Assembly: GCA_030390025.1 (NCBI GenBank)
Contig: CM059438.1
Coordinates: forward strand, 69,008,001-69,072,000
DNA length: 64,000 nt
Origin: Squalus acanthias
Lineage: Eukaryota
Direction: 5' to 3'
Shown piece by piece: positions 1-11,184 of the stretch (position 1 is the stretch's first letter; each line of letters starts with the position of its first letter). The notes beneath the pieces are model-generated. The model saw only the letters and a list, made by a program, of their open reading frames with translations, did not search any database and was not told the origin of the DNA. A program made the translations under genes and the position numbers.

Positions 1-1990
1 CATGTTAGACTAACTTGATTGAGTTCTTTGAAATAACTGAGAGGATTGATGAGGGTAGTACGGTTGATATAGTGTATATGGACTTTCAAAAGGCATTTGA
101 TAAAGTACTACGTAATAGACTTGTTAGCAAAATTGAAGCCCATGGCATTAAAGGGGCAGTGGCTGTGTGGATACATATTTGGCTAAGGGACAGAAAGCAG
201 AGTGTAGTGGTGAGCATTTTTTTTCCGTCTGGAGGGAAGTATACAGTGGTGCCCCCCCCAGTGGTCGGTGTTGGGACCACTGCTCTTTTTGATACATATT
301 AACGACTCGGACTTAGGTATACAGGGCATAATTTCAAAAATTGCAGATGATACAAAATTCGGAAATGTAATAAACTGACTCGACAAGGACGTAGACAAAC
401 TGGTGAAATGGGCAGACATACGGCAGATGAAATTTAATGCAGAGAAGTGTGAAGTGATTACTATTTGGTAGGAAGAATGAAGAGAGGCAATATAAAACTA
501 AATGGTACAATTTTATGGGGATATAGGAATAGAGAGACCCGGGGATGTACTTACACAAGTCTTTGAAGGTGGCAGGACTAGTTGAGAACTGTTTAAAAAG
601 GCTTACGGGATCCTTGGCTTTATAAATAGAGGCGTAGTGTACTAAAGCAAGGAAGTTATGCTGAACCTTTATAAAACACTGGTTGGGCCCCAGCTGGAGT
701 ATTGTGGCCAATTCTAAGCATTACACTTTAGGAAGGATGGCAAGTCCTTCTAGAGGGTGCAGAGGAGATTTACTAGAATGGTACCAGGGCTGAAAGACTT
801 CAATAGCATTGAAAGACTAGAGAAACTGGGGCTGTTCTCCTTAGAGCAGAGAAGGTTACGGGAAGATTTGATAGAGGTATTCAAAATCATGAAGGGTTTT
901 GATAGAGTGAAAAAGGAGAAACAGTTTCCAGTGGCAGAAGGGTTGGTAACCAGAGGACACAGATTTAAGGTAATTGGCAAAAGAACCAGAGGCAACATGA
1001 GGAAAAAAAATACGCAGCGAGTTGTTATGATCTGGAATGCACGGCCTGAAAGGGTGGAGAAAGCAGATTCAATATTGGCCCAGAAATTAAAGACGGAGCC
1101 TTCCTGCAGGGGTACGGCTTCCCCGCGATATCTCACTGCGCGCCTGCCTTTTCCTTCCGAGCTCACACGAACTTTAGTTTCAAGGCTGCAGCTGTGCAGT
1201 GTGTGCGTATCCCACAGACGCAGTTAATTCGTGCGAGCTGTGGGAGCACGTGATTCAGTTAGAGCCAATGGCAGCACACCATCTTTCATTCATAGTTTTG
1301 ACAGCAAGGGCTGTCAAAGCTATGAATCTATACCCCCCAAAAGAACAGCTAAACCTCAATTAAATTAACAAAAAAACCATCACATTAATAAAATAAGTAT
1401 AGTTAAATAAATTAACCACTTTAAACAAAAAATTAAATTTTTGAAAAAATTTAAAATCTTTTTAAAAGTTATAAAAATAAACTTACCTTTCTTTAAAGTC
1501 TCTAAAAAAGATAAACCTGTTGAAAAAAATGTAAAATAATACTTAATTAACTACTTACCTTGTTAAAAGAGGGTCTTACGCCTCCTTTCTTTATGTGCAA
1601 AATCTTCCATGCTTACCTGCGCGTTCAAAGCACTAAGTGCACTGCGTGCGCGCAGCCTGTAGCGCGCACGCGGTTCACCTAGGAACCGCCCCCTTTTAAG
1701 TTCACCAAGTGCCGGTTTTCAGCACATGCGCAGTGCATGCAGAAAACCGGCAATTGGAGACAGAATACGCGAGAGTACACAGTGCGTACTCTCGCGTACT
1801 AAGACTAATTTTTGGGCCAATAACTTTCAAAAGGGAATTGGATAAATACTTGAAGGGTAAAATTTGCATGGCTGTGGGGAAAGACCAGGGGAGTGGGACT
1901 AATTGGATAGCTTTCAAAGAGCCAGCACAGGCTCGATGGGCCGAATGGCCTCCTTCTGTGCTATATCATTCTATGATTGTACGATAATGA
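1..1990 (+). mobile_element. Degenerate CR1 LINE 3' portion (RT and 3' UTR), interrupted by a MITE at 1077-1818
   Basis: Frameshifted RT motifs (VDIVYMDFQKAFDKV, FADDTK, QRRFTRMVPG). CR1 sequence resumes at 1819 and ends in a CR1-type tail near 1985. Confidence 0.93.
1077..1818 (+). mobile_element. Harbinger-type non-autonomous element (MITE family 1, copy 1)
   Basis: TIRs GGCCCAGAAATT / AATTTTTGGGCC, flanks ATT/AAT. Splits a CR1. Homologous to 3254-3996 in the opposite orientation. Confidence 0.85.
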
Positions 1991-2708
1991 TTTCTCTAAC
2001 TCACTCACTCCCCACAAGGCTTATCACTTGTGTATCCTTTTTCACTGCATACTATCGCCCCTCACTACTTGATCCTAATGTAACATCTTGTGTATTTTTA
2101 TTTTCATGCAGCTGTAACCAGTTGAGATTATGCAAAACAGGCTACTAAAGACTGTCGCTGCATCAAACTTGAGTGGAGAAAGATATCCAGTTTCTACTGA
2201 TCTCATTTGTTAGCTCCCAGCTAAACCTCATTGGCATGCATCTATATTTCACACGTGGAGCAGTTGGTATTGGATTGGAAGGCCTGTCCGATTTTGTTTG
2301 AGTTCAGAACCTCCGATTATTACATTCTGCCAGCCAGTTATGCTTTTAACACCAGGTCTCCCAATTAAAATGAGACAGGACATCTTGAGTACATTCTGCT
2401 GCCGTCTCCTAATTCATGGTTGGTATTTTTCATTACCAGATGCTAAGCTTCAGCGCAGTCAAATTCTGACTCATTATAATTTGAGTATTAACTTCATACT
2501 TTATTCAAGCTTTACATCCTACCAGTGTTGTGAATCTTAATATTGCAGTTGCAAATCCTTTATTTGACAAATAATTTTACGGCTGTAATATTCAACTGTT
2601 TCCATAGCAGGCTTCAAACAGACGGTGCTGACAGTTCTGCCTAGCTGGAAGCTAAAGTGATGGAAATCACCTTAAAATAATGATGTAGATTCAAACTAGT
2701 TCTGTAAT

Positions 2709-3150
2709 AAAAACAGAAAATGCTGGAGATACTCAGCAGGTCAGGCAGCATCTGTGAAGAGAGAAACAGAGTTAACGTTTCAGGTCGATGACCTTTCATC
2801 AGAACTGGAAAAAAGCAGGAAATGGAACAGATTTTTAAGCAAGTGTAGGAGCTGGGAAAGGGGGGAGGGGATTAAAGAACAAAAGGGAAGGTCTGTGATA
2901 GGATGGAAGGCAGGAGAGGTTAAGAGACATTAAGAGATATTCAAGGCAAAAGGAGATGGTAATGGGACAGGTTAAACAAAAGATGGCTCTAAATGAAGTG
3001 TAAATTGCGCTGGCAGAATGAAAGACAGCTGCCATGTGGGAGAGAAGAAAAGAAAACACAAAAAAAAACTGTGGAAAAAAATATATATGATAGGGGCCGA
3101 GGTTATGATCTGAAATTGTTGAACTCTATGTTGAGTCCAGAAGGCTGTAA
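2709..3150 (-). mobile_element. Penelope-like element 3' fragment
   Basis: Homologous to 30933-32535, which carries GIY-YIG coding sequence, and to 47781-48193. Contains a hammerhead motif. Confidence 0.8.
2770..2806 (-). ncRNA. Minimal type I hammerhead ribozyme (Penelope-associated)
   Basis: Reverse complement agtt-CTGAtGA-aaggtcatcgacct-GAAA-cgTT-aact: intact core boxes, stem I agtt/aact, stem II aggtc/gacct, palindromic stem III. Confidence 0.75.
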
Positions 3151-3253
3151 AGTTCTGTAAATGTTTGTGTCAACCAATCCCTTTCATTTCTAGTTAGCTG
3201 GAGGACTGCTATATATCACTTCCTGATAGCATGTGTCCTTCACGTAAGACAAT

Positions 3254-3996
3254 GGGCCAAAAATTGATCCCGCTGCGCGAGAGTATGCAGTGCGTACTCT
3301 CGCGTATTCTCTCTCCAATTGCCGGTTTTCTGCATGCCCTGCGCATGCGCTGAAAACCGGCACTTGGTCTTTGGAAAAGGGGGCGGTTCCTCGGTGCACC
3401 GCGTGCGCGCTACAGGCTGCGCGCACGCTGTGCACTTAGTGCTTTGGACGCGCAGGTAAGGACGGAAGATTTTAGAAACGAAAAAAGGAGGAGTAAGACC
3501 CACTTTTAACAAGGTAAGTAGTGAATTAAGTATTATTTTGAATTTTTTTTAACAGGTATATCTTTTTTAGAGACTTTAAAGACAGGTAAGTTTATTTTTA
3601 TAACTTTTTAAAAGATTTTAAATTTTTTCAAAAATTTAATTTTTTATTTAAAATGGTTAATTTATTTAACTATACTTATTTTATTAATGTGATGGGTTTT
3701 TTTTAAATTTAATTGAGGTTTAGCTGTTATTTTGGGGGTGTGTAAGATTCATAGCTTTCACAGCACATATGTGAAACTCATGAATGGAAGATGGTGTGCT
3801 GCCATTGGCTCTAACTGAGTCACGTGATCCCACAGCTCGCACGAATTCACTACGCCGGTGGGATACGCAAGCACTGCCCAGCTGATGTCTAGAACATCAA
3901 GTTCGTGCGAGCTGGATCTGAAAAAGCCAACGCGGAGTGAGAGCTCGCGCCTGCTCCTTACCCCCGCGGGAACAGAGCGAGATCAATTTCTGGGCC
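3254..3996 (-). mobile_element. Harbinger-type MITE family 1, copy 2
   Basis: TIRs GGGCCAAAAATTGATC / GATCAATTTCTGGGCC, TSD AAT/AAT. Reverse complement of 1077-1818. Confidence 0.88.
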
Positions 3997-4587
3997 AATG
4001 TGATGGCATTTCTCACTCATTACTTTTATCATTTGCACCAATATATATTCAGTTCTGTACAGTATGAGTTCCCATGCATTATATCTCTGTGAATGTTGAA
4101 CAAGTTAGTAAAACTTGAACTGGTACTCCACAAATAAAAGGAACACTTTTGACAAGAGTTGGCCTACACTACCGCACCAATTACTTAACTGGAATTAATA
4201 GAAAGTGAAGTGTACTTTATTAGTATTATCATCAGTTTGATGGAGATAGTAGAATAATGTGAGCACATGATCAATGTTTATACTGGAAACCGTGTGAGAT
4301 TTAAGATCCGTGTGTCATGACCTAACCTCATAAACAAGGCAACATATGTCCGACATGATAGAAGTTGGTAATTTAGTTACGGCTTGACAGATGTCTAGCT
4401 GAAACCACTAAGCGAAGATAATGAGGTGAGGCCACAGAGCTGAAGGGATAATTACAAGTCCTAGCCCTTTTCGGGCTACCCCAGATCAGGCGTATTCCCC
4501 AGACGTTCACCTTCAACTAAAGTTAGCGGTAGCCGAATCCTAGAGACGCTTAATTGGGTCTAAAGGTTCAGACTATCTCTCCCTAAA

Positions 4588-5968
4588 ATGCAAAATGCTG
4601 GAGTCCATCATTAAGGATGAAATAGCGGAGCACTTAGCAAATGGGGACAGGATAGGACAGAGTCAACATGGATTTACAAAGGGTAAATCGTGCTTGACTA
4701 ATCTATTGGAATTTTTTGAGGGAGTAACTGGTAAAATAGATGGGGGAGAGCCAGTAGATGTGGTGTACCTGGACTTCCAAAAGGCCTTCGATAAGGTCCC
4801 ACATAAAAGATTAGCAGGGAAAATTGAAGCTCATGGGATAAAGGGGAAAGTATTGACGTGGATAGAGAACTGGCTGTCAGATAGAAAACAGAGAGTTGGA
4901 ATAAACGGCTCATTTTCTGAATGGCAGGCAGTAACAAGTGGGGTACCACAGGGATCTGTCCTGGGTCCCCAGCTGTTCACAATTTACATTAATGACCTGG
5001 ATCAGGGAGTCGGATGCAGCATTTCCAAATTTGCAGACGACACTAAACTAGGAGGGGGGGTGGGCTCAGAGGAGGAGACCAGGAAGCTCCAGAGCGAATT
5101 GGACAGACTGGGTGATTGGGCGGATAAATGGCAGATGCACTATAATGTGGACAAGTGCGAAGTTATCCACCTTGGGTGCAGGAACGGGAGGGCAAATTAT
5201 TATTTAAATGGCAATAAATTGGGAGAGGGGGAAGTACAGAGAGACCTGGGTGTTCTTGTACACCAGTCACTGAAGGCGAGCATGCAGGTGCAACAGGCGA
5301 TCAAGAAGGCAAACGGTATGCTGGCCTTCATAGCAAAAGGGTTGGAATACAGGAACAGGGATACCTTGCTGCAGCTGTACAGGGCACTGGTGAGACCACA
5401 CCTCGAGTACTGTGTACAGTTTTGGTCGCCTCATCTGAGGAAAGATGTTCTTGCCATGGAGGGGGTGCAGCGGCGATTCACCAGGCTGATACCAGGAATG
5501 GTGGGATTGACCTATGAGGAGAGACTATGTAGTTTAGGGATGTACACACTGGAGTTTAGAAGATTGAGAGGGGACCTCATAGAAGTGTATAAAATTCTGA
5601 CAGGTCTAGACAGACTAGATGCAGAAGGAATGTTTCCCTTGGCGGGTGAGAACAGAACTAGAGGACATAATTTAAGGATAAGGGCTAAACCATTTAGGAC
5701 AGAAATGAGGGGGAATTTCTTCACTCAGAGGGTGGTGAACCTGTGGAACTCATTGCCACAGAGGGCAGTGTACGCCAGCTCATTAAATATATTTAAGAGG
5801 GAATTAGATATATTTCTACAGGCAAAAGGGGTTAAGGGTTACGGAGAGAAGGCGGGGACGGGATACTGAATTGGAGGATCAGCCATGATCTCATTAAATG
5901 GCGGAGCAGGCTCGAAGGGCCGGATGGCCTACTCCTGCTCCTATCTTCTATGTATCTATGTATCTATG
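4588..5968 (+). mobile_element. 5'-truncated young CR1 LINE
   Basis: Uninterrupted RT ORF, 3' UTR and (TATCTATG)n tail. Flanks rejoin into the LTR sequence seen at 58500-58520. Confidence 0.95.
4595..5869 (+). CDS. CR1 ORF2 reverse transcriptase, C-terminal 424 aa (5'-truncated)
   Basis: QHGFTKGKSC, YLDFQKAFDKVPH, GVPQGSVLGP, FADDTK, RPHLEYCVQFWSP; no stop codons. Confidence 0.9.
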   Translation: MLESIIKDEIAEHLANGDRIGQSQHGFTKGKSCLTNLLEFFEGVTGKIDGGEPVDVVYLDFQKAFDKVPHKRLAGKIEAHGIKGKVLTWIENWLSDRKQRVGINGSFSEWQAVTSGVPQGSVLGPQLFTIYINDLDQGVGCSISKFADDTKLGGGVGSEEETRKLQSELDRLGDWADKWQMHYNVDKCEVIHLGCRNGRANYYLNGNKLGEGEVQRDLGVLVHQSLKASMQVQQAIKKANGMLAFIAKGLEYRNRDTLLQLYRALVRPHLEYCVQFWSPHLRKDVLAMEGVQRRFTRLIPGMVGLTYEERLCSLGMYTLEFRRLRGDLIEVYKILTGLDRLDAEGMFPLAGENRTRGHNLRIRAKPFRTEMRGNFFTQRVVNLWNSLPQRAVYASSLNIFKRELDIFLQAKGVKGYGEKAGTGY

Positions 5969-7589
5969 AAAGGAATGGCCTGAAGATGTTACCGTCCTCC
6001 GGATAGCACTTTTAACAAGTTTAACTAGACTGTAACCTTCCGGATATTATGTGGGTCCGGAAAACCCCCCAGAATTCTGCAACTCCTCTCAAAGGAGTGT
6101 ACAGAAATTGAGTTTGCGAGATTGATACAGAAATACTCTTTGAGACAATTTTAAAAATATATAGATTTATTAAAGAACTGACATGTAATTAACAGCTGGT
6201 ATGGCAATCGCAACTTTAACCATTCAAAATACAAATAGCTTACATTTCTTATCAGAGATCCTTATTCTCAAATCTTAAATTCATTACATTTCCACCTTTC
6301 TACTTATTCTTAATCCAGAATATCCACCAAAATCAAATACCTTGATTACCCGAGACTCAGAGTTGTAGGCCTACAGAGTGGTTCTGAAAGCGAGAATCAC
6401 TTTGCCCCTTCCCAGCAACTTCTGACTCTCTATCTGAAAAGCTCTATTTATATTCCTTTTTTTAGTGGTATATTCTTTGAAGTTTTCTGCTGATGTAAGC
6501 TAATTATCTCTAGCCATACCTCTGTTGACTTCTTTCTATTCTTACTGTTAATTCAGCTGTTAGCTTTCAGAATTCTGTCTCTACCTTTAGGTGTTTCAAA
6601 AACTTATCATTTTTATGGTTATTATCGATTTATCTATTTGATGCCATTCTTAGGAAGTCTTTCTATTGAATTCTTAACTCCCTTTAGCTGCTTGTTAGCA
6701 GACATCGTGTTTCCTAACTATTCCATTTTCAATACAAACACAATGTGATTGCTTGGTGTCATCTATTGATATTATATCTTCAAAGTGTTCTGTAGGTATC
6801 TTTTACAACTTGTCAATCAAAAACGCTTCATCTAGGGTGTTTGTTTTCCTGGCCATTTAATTGGTTATATTAAGAATTATGTCTCCTGTCTTTCATTTGA
6901 TGCTACTTTCACAAAGGCACATGGTTGTTTTAATGTTCTGTGCACCTGTTCGACGTGTTTGTTTTTAACACTTAACTTGGGCATTGCTATTGTTTTGGTT
7001 CCAAACTATAGACATCTCGGAAGCAAGCCTTTGCTTTTTCAATAGGCCATTTTGTTAGTGTCAACAACCATTTCCCATTTCAAAAGTTTGTGTGGTGTTT
7101 ACAGCTTTTGTTATCAACTGTTCTTATCTCAAAAGCCTGTATTGTGTTTGCAGCCTGTGTCGTTGAGGCTTTTTAGATTTTTAAACCCAGTATGTTATGT
7201 ATTAATAAAATCAGAATTCTGTTCATAGGATGGTGTCTTTTTCTGAATAGGTTTGGCTCATTCCTTTACAGAGCGACAAGAGTTCTTGCACAAGATTGTG
7301 GGAGAGGAAAAGGGAGTGAAAGCTGGCAGAACTCTCAGTTGAGAAACATGGAGGAAGACAGGAAATTGAAATGAACATAAGCAAAACGATGATGACCATC
7401 GGCAACTGTGAATAGAGAGGAACTGAGAAAGAACTGTTTTTTTTTAAATGCACCCAATAAACAATCATTTGAGGGGAGGTCGGAGATAGTATTCAGTAAA
7501 AAGATGTTCATTATTAATATTAAGTTAAAATTAAATTGGAGAAATGCTCCAAACAGTCAACGTGTGATGACCCTTCTGAAAAGCAAGTA

Positions 7590-7805
7590 TCATAGAATCA
7601 TAGTATGATACAGCACAGAGAGATACCGTTCTGCCCATCGTGCCTGTGCCAGCTCTTTGGGAGAGCTATCCAATTAGTCTCACTCCCCTGCTCTTTCCCC
7701 ATAGTCCTGCAATTGTTTTCCCTTCAAGTATTTATCCAATTCCCTTTTGAAAGTTACTATTGAACCTGCTTCCACCACCCATTCAGGCAGTGCATTCCAG
7801 ATCAG
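7590..7805 (-). mobile_element. CR1 3' end fragment
   Basis: (CATAGAAT)n tail complement; encodes WNALPEWVVEAGSIVTFKRELDKYL. Confidence 0.85.
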
Positions 7806-8323
7806 GTTGCGTAACTGGAATGGTTGATGGGGGCAAATATTGGTCTTTCCCACCTGCTTGATGATATTTCTGACTGGGTCAGTTAACATATCTGTAGAAA
7901 TCCGGGGAATTGATTGTTTCTTGACCTGTATCTGTCCTAGATTTTGTAGCATTTGCTATTCAGCCAATAATAAACAGCAAAGAGTTCAGAGCTAAATATG
8001 AGTGCTCCACACAGCAGGTGCCAATTATATTAACAACCTCTAGATCTGCGGCGACAGTCTGGGCATCTCCTGCACTTCACTGCTAACACAAAGTTCTGAA
8101 TTCAGTATCCATACACATTTTCCTACGAAATATACATGTTTTAAGTGTTGGGGCTGTTTTCAGGGCATGCTCCCAGAGGGAACCCCGGCAAGCTGATTGT
8201 TTGAAGAGGGAAGACATCAGATAAAGTGGCTCCTTGCATTACCTTTGCATCCCTCACTGTGAAACAAAGCATCATGTCACTCATCATTTGCATTGTTTAA
8301 TTCTCAAGCACGATTTTGCATGT

Positions 8324-8813
8324 TGAAGGGGTTAAAAGTTAGATTAGCTGCTTAAATGACTAGCTGGCTGATGTAATAAAGGAGAAGTCTGGCAGAACAA
8401 AGACAGTTGCAAAAAGCATATTACATGATGATTGGGGGAGTAAAAGAATCAAGGAGGCCATACATTGAACAATGGGCCGCCAAGATGTGATTTGCGAAGA
8501 TGAGGTTAAGCATACGTAAATTGGATAGAACAATGGCAGATGTGGAAACAGGGCAAATGAGATGAACAAGATGTGTTTTGTGGAGATGTGATTAAGTGTA
8601 CGTGACTTGGACAATTAATTGGCCAAGTCCCGAAGATGTGAAGGAAACAAGATGTAAGATTGTATGTAAGCCACCTGCTCAAATGTAAAAATTAGACTCC
8701 CATCTCAGCTCAGACTGAGAGGGCCTCTCCCTGCATGTGCTTGAATAAAGATCGCTTGGAACCAGTACACGCTCATCTCCATCTGCTTTGGGGCAGAGAG
8801 AAATCCCACAACA
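8324..8813 (+). repeat. 5' LTR
   Basis: Direct repeat of 13087-13577 (about 18 substitutions plus 1 indel by eye, about 96% identity). AATAAA present; TATA is intact only in the 3' copy (TATATAAG vs TATGTAAG). Confidence 0.95.
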
Positions 8814-8816
8814 ACT

Positions 8817-8836
8817 TGGCGTAGTCGGCAGGATTC
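8817..8836 (+). other. Primer binding site, tRNA-Ser
   Basis: TGGCGTAGTCGGCAGGATTC is complementary to the 3' end of vertebrate tRNA-Ser (…GAATCCTGCCGACTACGCCA), 3 nt after the LTR. Confidence 0.88.
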
Positions 8837-9093
8837 CCAGGACGCAGTCGAACGACCAACCATAATGGGACCGCAAGTCGGGTGAGTACTTTATATTACC
8901 ACCCATAGTTAGGTGCGGAACCCCAGAAGGCTGGATGTGAGACTGTAGGGAATCAGTACAGGAGACTAGCGGGTACTGGAGTGATCTCTGCGCAGTAGAA
9001 CCGCGAGCCGCTGTAGGTAACCAGAACCGCGTTGTAGCAGGAAGGTCCGAGTTACCGTTTGCGCAGGCCAGAGGAATTAAAAAAAAATTTTTA

Positions 9094-10438
9094 ATGGCCA
9101 CTGGAGGGGAAAATTGGGGACCAGAAGGGTCCATAACCAAATTTATAGCAGAAAAAATAAGAAACTAATCGAGAAAATGAAAAAGAAAGGCTAGAGTCCG
9201 AACGACAGTCCGGACAGGCAAAGGGAATGGTGGGGCGCCCAGTGTAAGGGTAAGGAAGAGAAGGGAATACTTATAATTATTGTTAGCTACTTAGGACTCA
9301 ATAAACATGTACTAAGTTATATAGAAAAGGAAAAGGTTAAGGTCAGTGCGGTGCGGGCACCGGGACCAAGGTTTAGAGTGACAGACGATAATGACGACGT
9401 TGACTGGGGAGAATTAGAGAAGGAAGCCACAGATTATGACAGACAGGACGATGATGGGGGTTGGGAGCCCCCACCTAAATATGACGCAGAAGGACCATCG
9501 GCCCCGCCACTGCCCGAAACCGGGACGAAGGGCATAATGGCCATGGCCCCTATTACGACGGAGATTAGACAATTGGGAAATGGTCAGGCTCAGACTACAG
9601 TACGATATGTCCCGTTCACCCCAGCCGAGAAACAGATGATGATGAGGGACCTCCCGACCCCTAAAACAAACCATGCAAACACTGACTTTTGGAATAAGTT
9701 AGAGGAGATGATAGATGTACGCTCACTTCACCCGGAAGATATACACGTCCTTGTAAAGTCCAAGGTACCCCGGCAAACCTGGCTAGGGATGCCCAACTTA
9801 ATCATGAATGGAAATTGGAAGGATGCACGGGGATTGAATCAGCTAGGAAGATACAAGCGTTTTAAGCGATTGGTAAAGGGAGGACTAGGGGAAGCCCGAT
9901 CTAACCGATCAGCGGTGGTGGGACTAACCCAGAATGAAGGCGAAAGGGCCCATGAGTACGCGGAGTAAAAATACTCCATGTATTGCGACTTCTCGGGAAC
10001 AGACAACCCAGGCAGAGACGATCCAGTGTTTCTAAAATAGCTGAGGAAGGACTCAGTGCAGACCACCAGAAGATCCTTGAATTAGGAATACTGGTGGGAA
10101 GTGACTTTGAGGAAGTTGTAGAGTGGGCCACCGAGGTAGATACGAGAAGCAGAAAGGGGAAGGAAGCACACGGCGGGAGGGTAGCGACGGTGACCTGTTC
10201 TGGGAATTGTTACAACTGCAGCAAACCCAGACACAGGGCCCGCGAATGTAAAATGGAGAAAGGGAACAAGGACCAGAGTTGTGGTAATTGCCGTAAGATG
10301 GGTCACAGCTGAACAGATTGCTGGGCCAGAGGAGGGGGCAAAGAGGGCCAGGGACCTAGACAGGGGATAGTACAGTCTAGCACCCCCCTGACCCGAGAAG
10401 AAGTCAGGGAACTGATAAAATTAGCCGCAGAGAAATAG
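9094..10438 (+). pseudogene. gag: gag, frameshifted
   Basis: ATG at 9094, late-domain-like PPPKY and PSAPP, MHR-like QNEGERAHEYAE, two CX2CX4HX4C knuckles (CYNCSKPRHRAREC, CGNCRKMGHS*TDC), TAG at 10436-10438. Confidence 0.82.
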
Positions 10439-10472
10439 GTCGTACCGGCCCCCGGAACGACTGGAGTGGGGG

Positions 10473-11130
10473 GTGCCACTGCAAATAGACTCAGATCAGG
10501 GAACACACTTCACTGGCAAAGTCATCAAGCAGACATGCGCCCTATTAGGAGTAAAACAGAGGTTTTACGTACCATACCACCCACAGAGCTCGGGAATGGT
10601 AGAGAGAATGAATAGAACCTTAAAGGCGTCACTCGCAAAGGCCATTGCTGAGACCGGCAGGGGATGGGTGGACCTACTACCTAGCATCCTAATGAGGTTG
10701 AGGGCTACGCCCAATTGCACAACCAGACTAACCCCATTTGAACTAATGACTGGGCGGGCCATGAGACTGCCCGAGGGCACGATCACGGGTAGTGAAGATG
10801 TGGGACCAGCACAGGGCAGGATTAGGCGGTTTTATTAAGGAACTATGCAAACAACTGCATGATCTGAGACAGGAAGTCAGGGACCAACAAATAGTCAGGG
10901 ATATGGAATTGGAGGAAACGGAGGAAGAACAAAATTTCCCAGTAGTAGGGGACAGGGTGATGGTAAGAGTCTTACCCACCAGACCAGGATGGGCACCTCG
11001 CTGGCAGGGACCCTACGAAGTCCTAATGACCAGCGACACTTGCGCATGTGTAAATATGAAAGGAAAAGGTCGGTGGAAACACTGGACGCAACTTGAGAAA
11101 TTCGAAAGCACAGTAAATAATAAGGACTTA
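10473..11130 (+). pseudogene. pol: pol remnant: integrase core and C-terminus only
   Basis: IDSDQGTHFTG, YHPQSSGMVERMNRTLK, TPFELMTGR, PRWQGPYEVL. One frameshift near 10790-10830. PR, RT and RNaseH are absent. Confidence 0.88.
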
Positions 11131-11184
11131 ACCGGTGATGACCAGCGTCCACTGTTTATCTCCCTCTACAGGACTCAGATACGG

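Larger units (their letters stand above)
4441..7270 (-). mobile_element. Solo LTR (about 1.45 kb), split by a CR1 insertion
   Basis: TG...CA termini and 4-bp TSD GAGC (4437-4440, 7271-7274). Both ends match the ends of 53169-58652 in reverse orientation. Confidence 0.85.
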
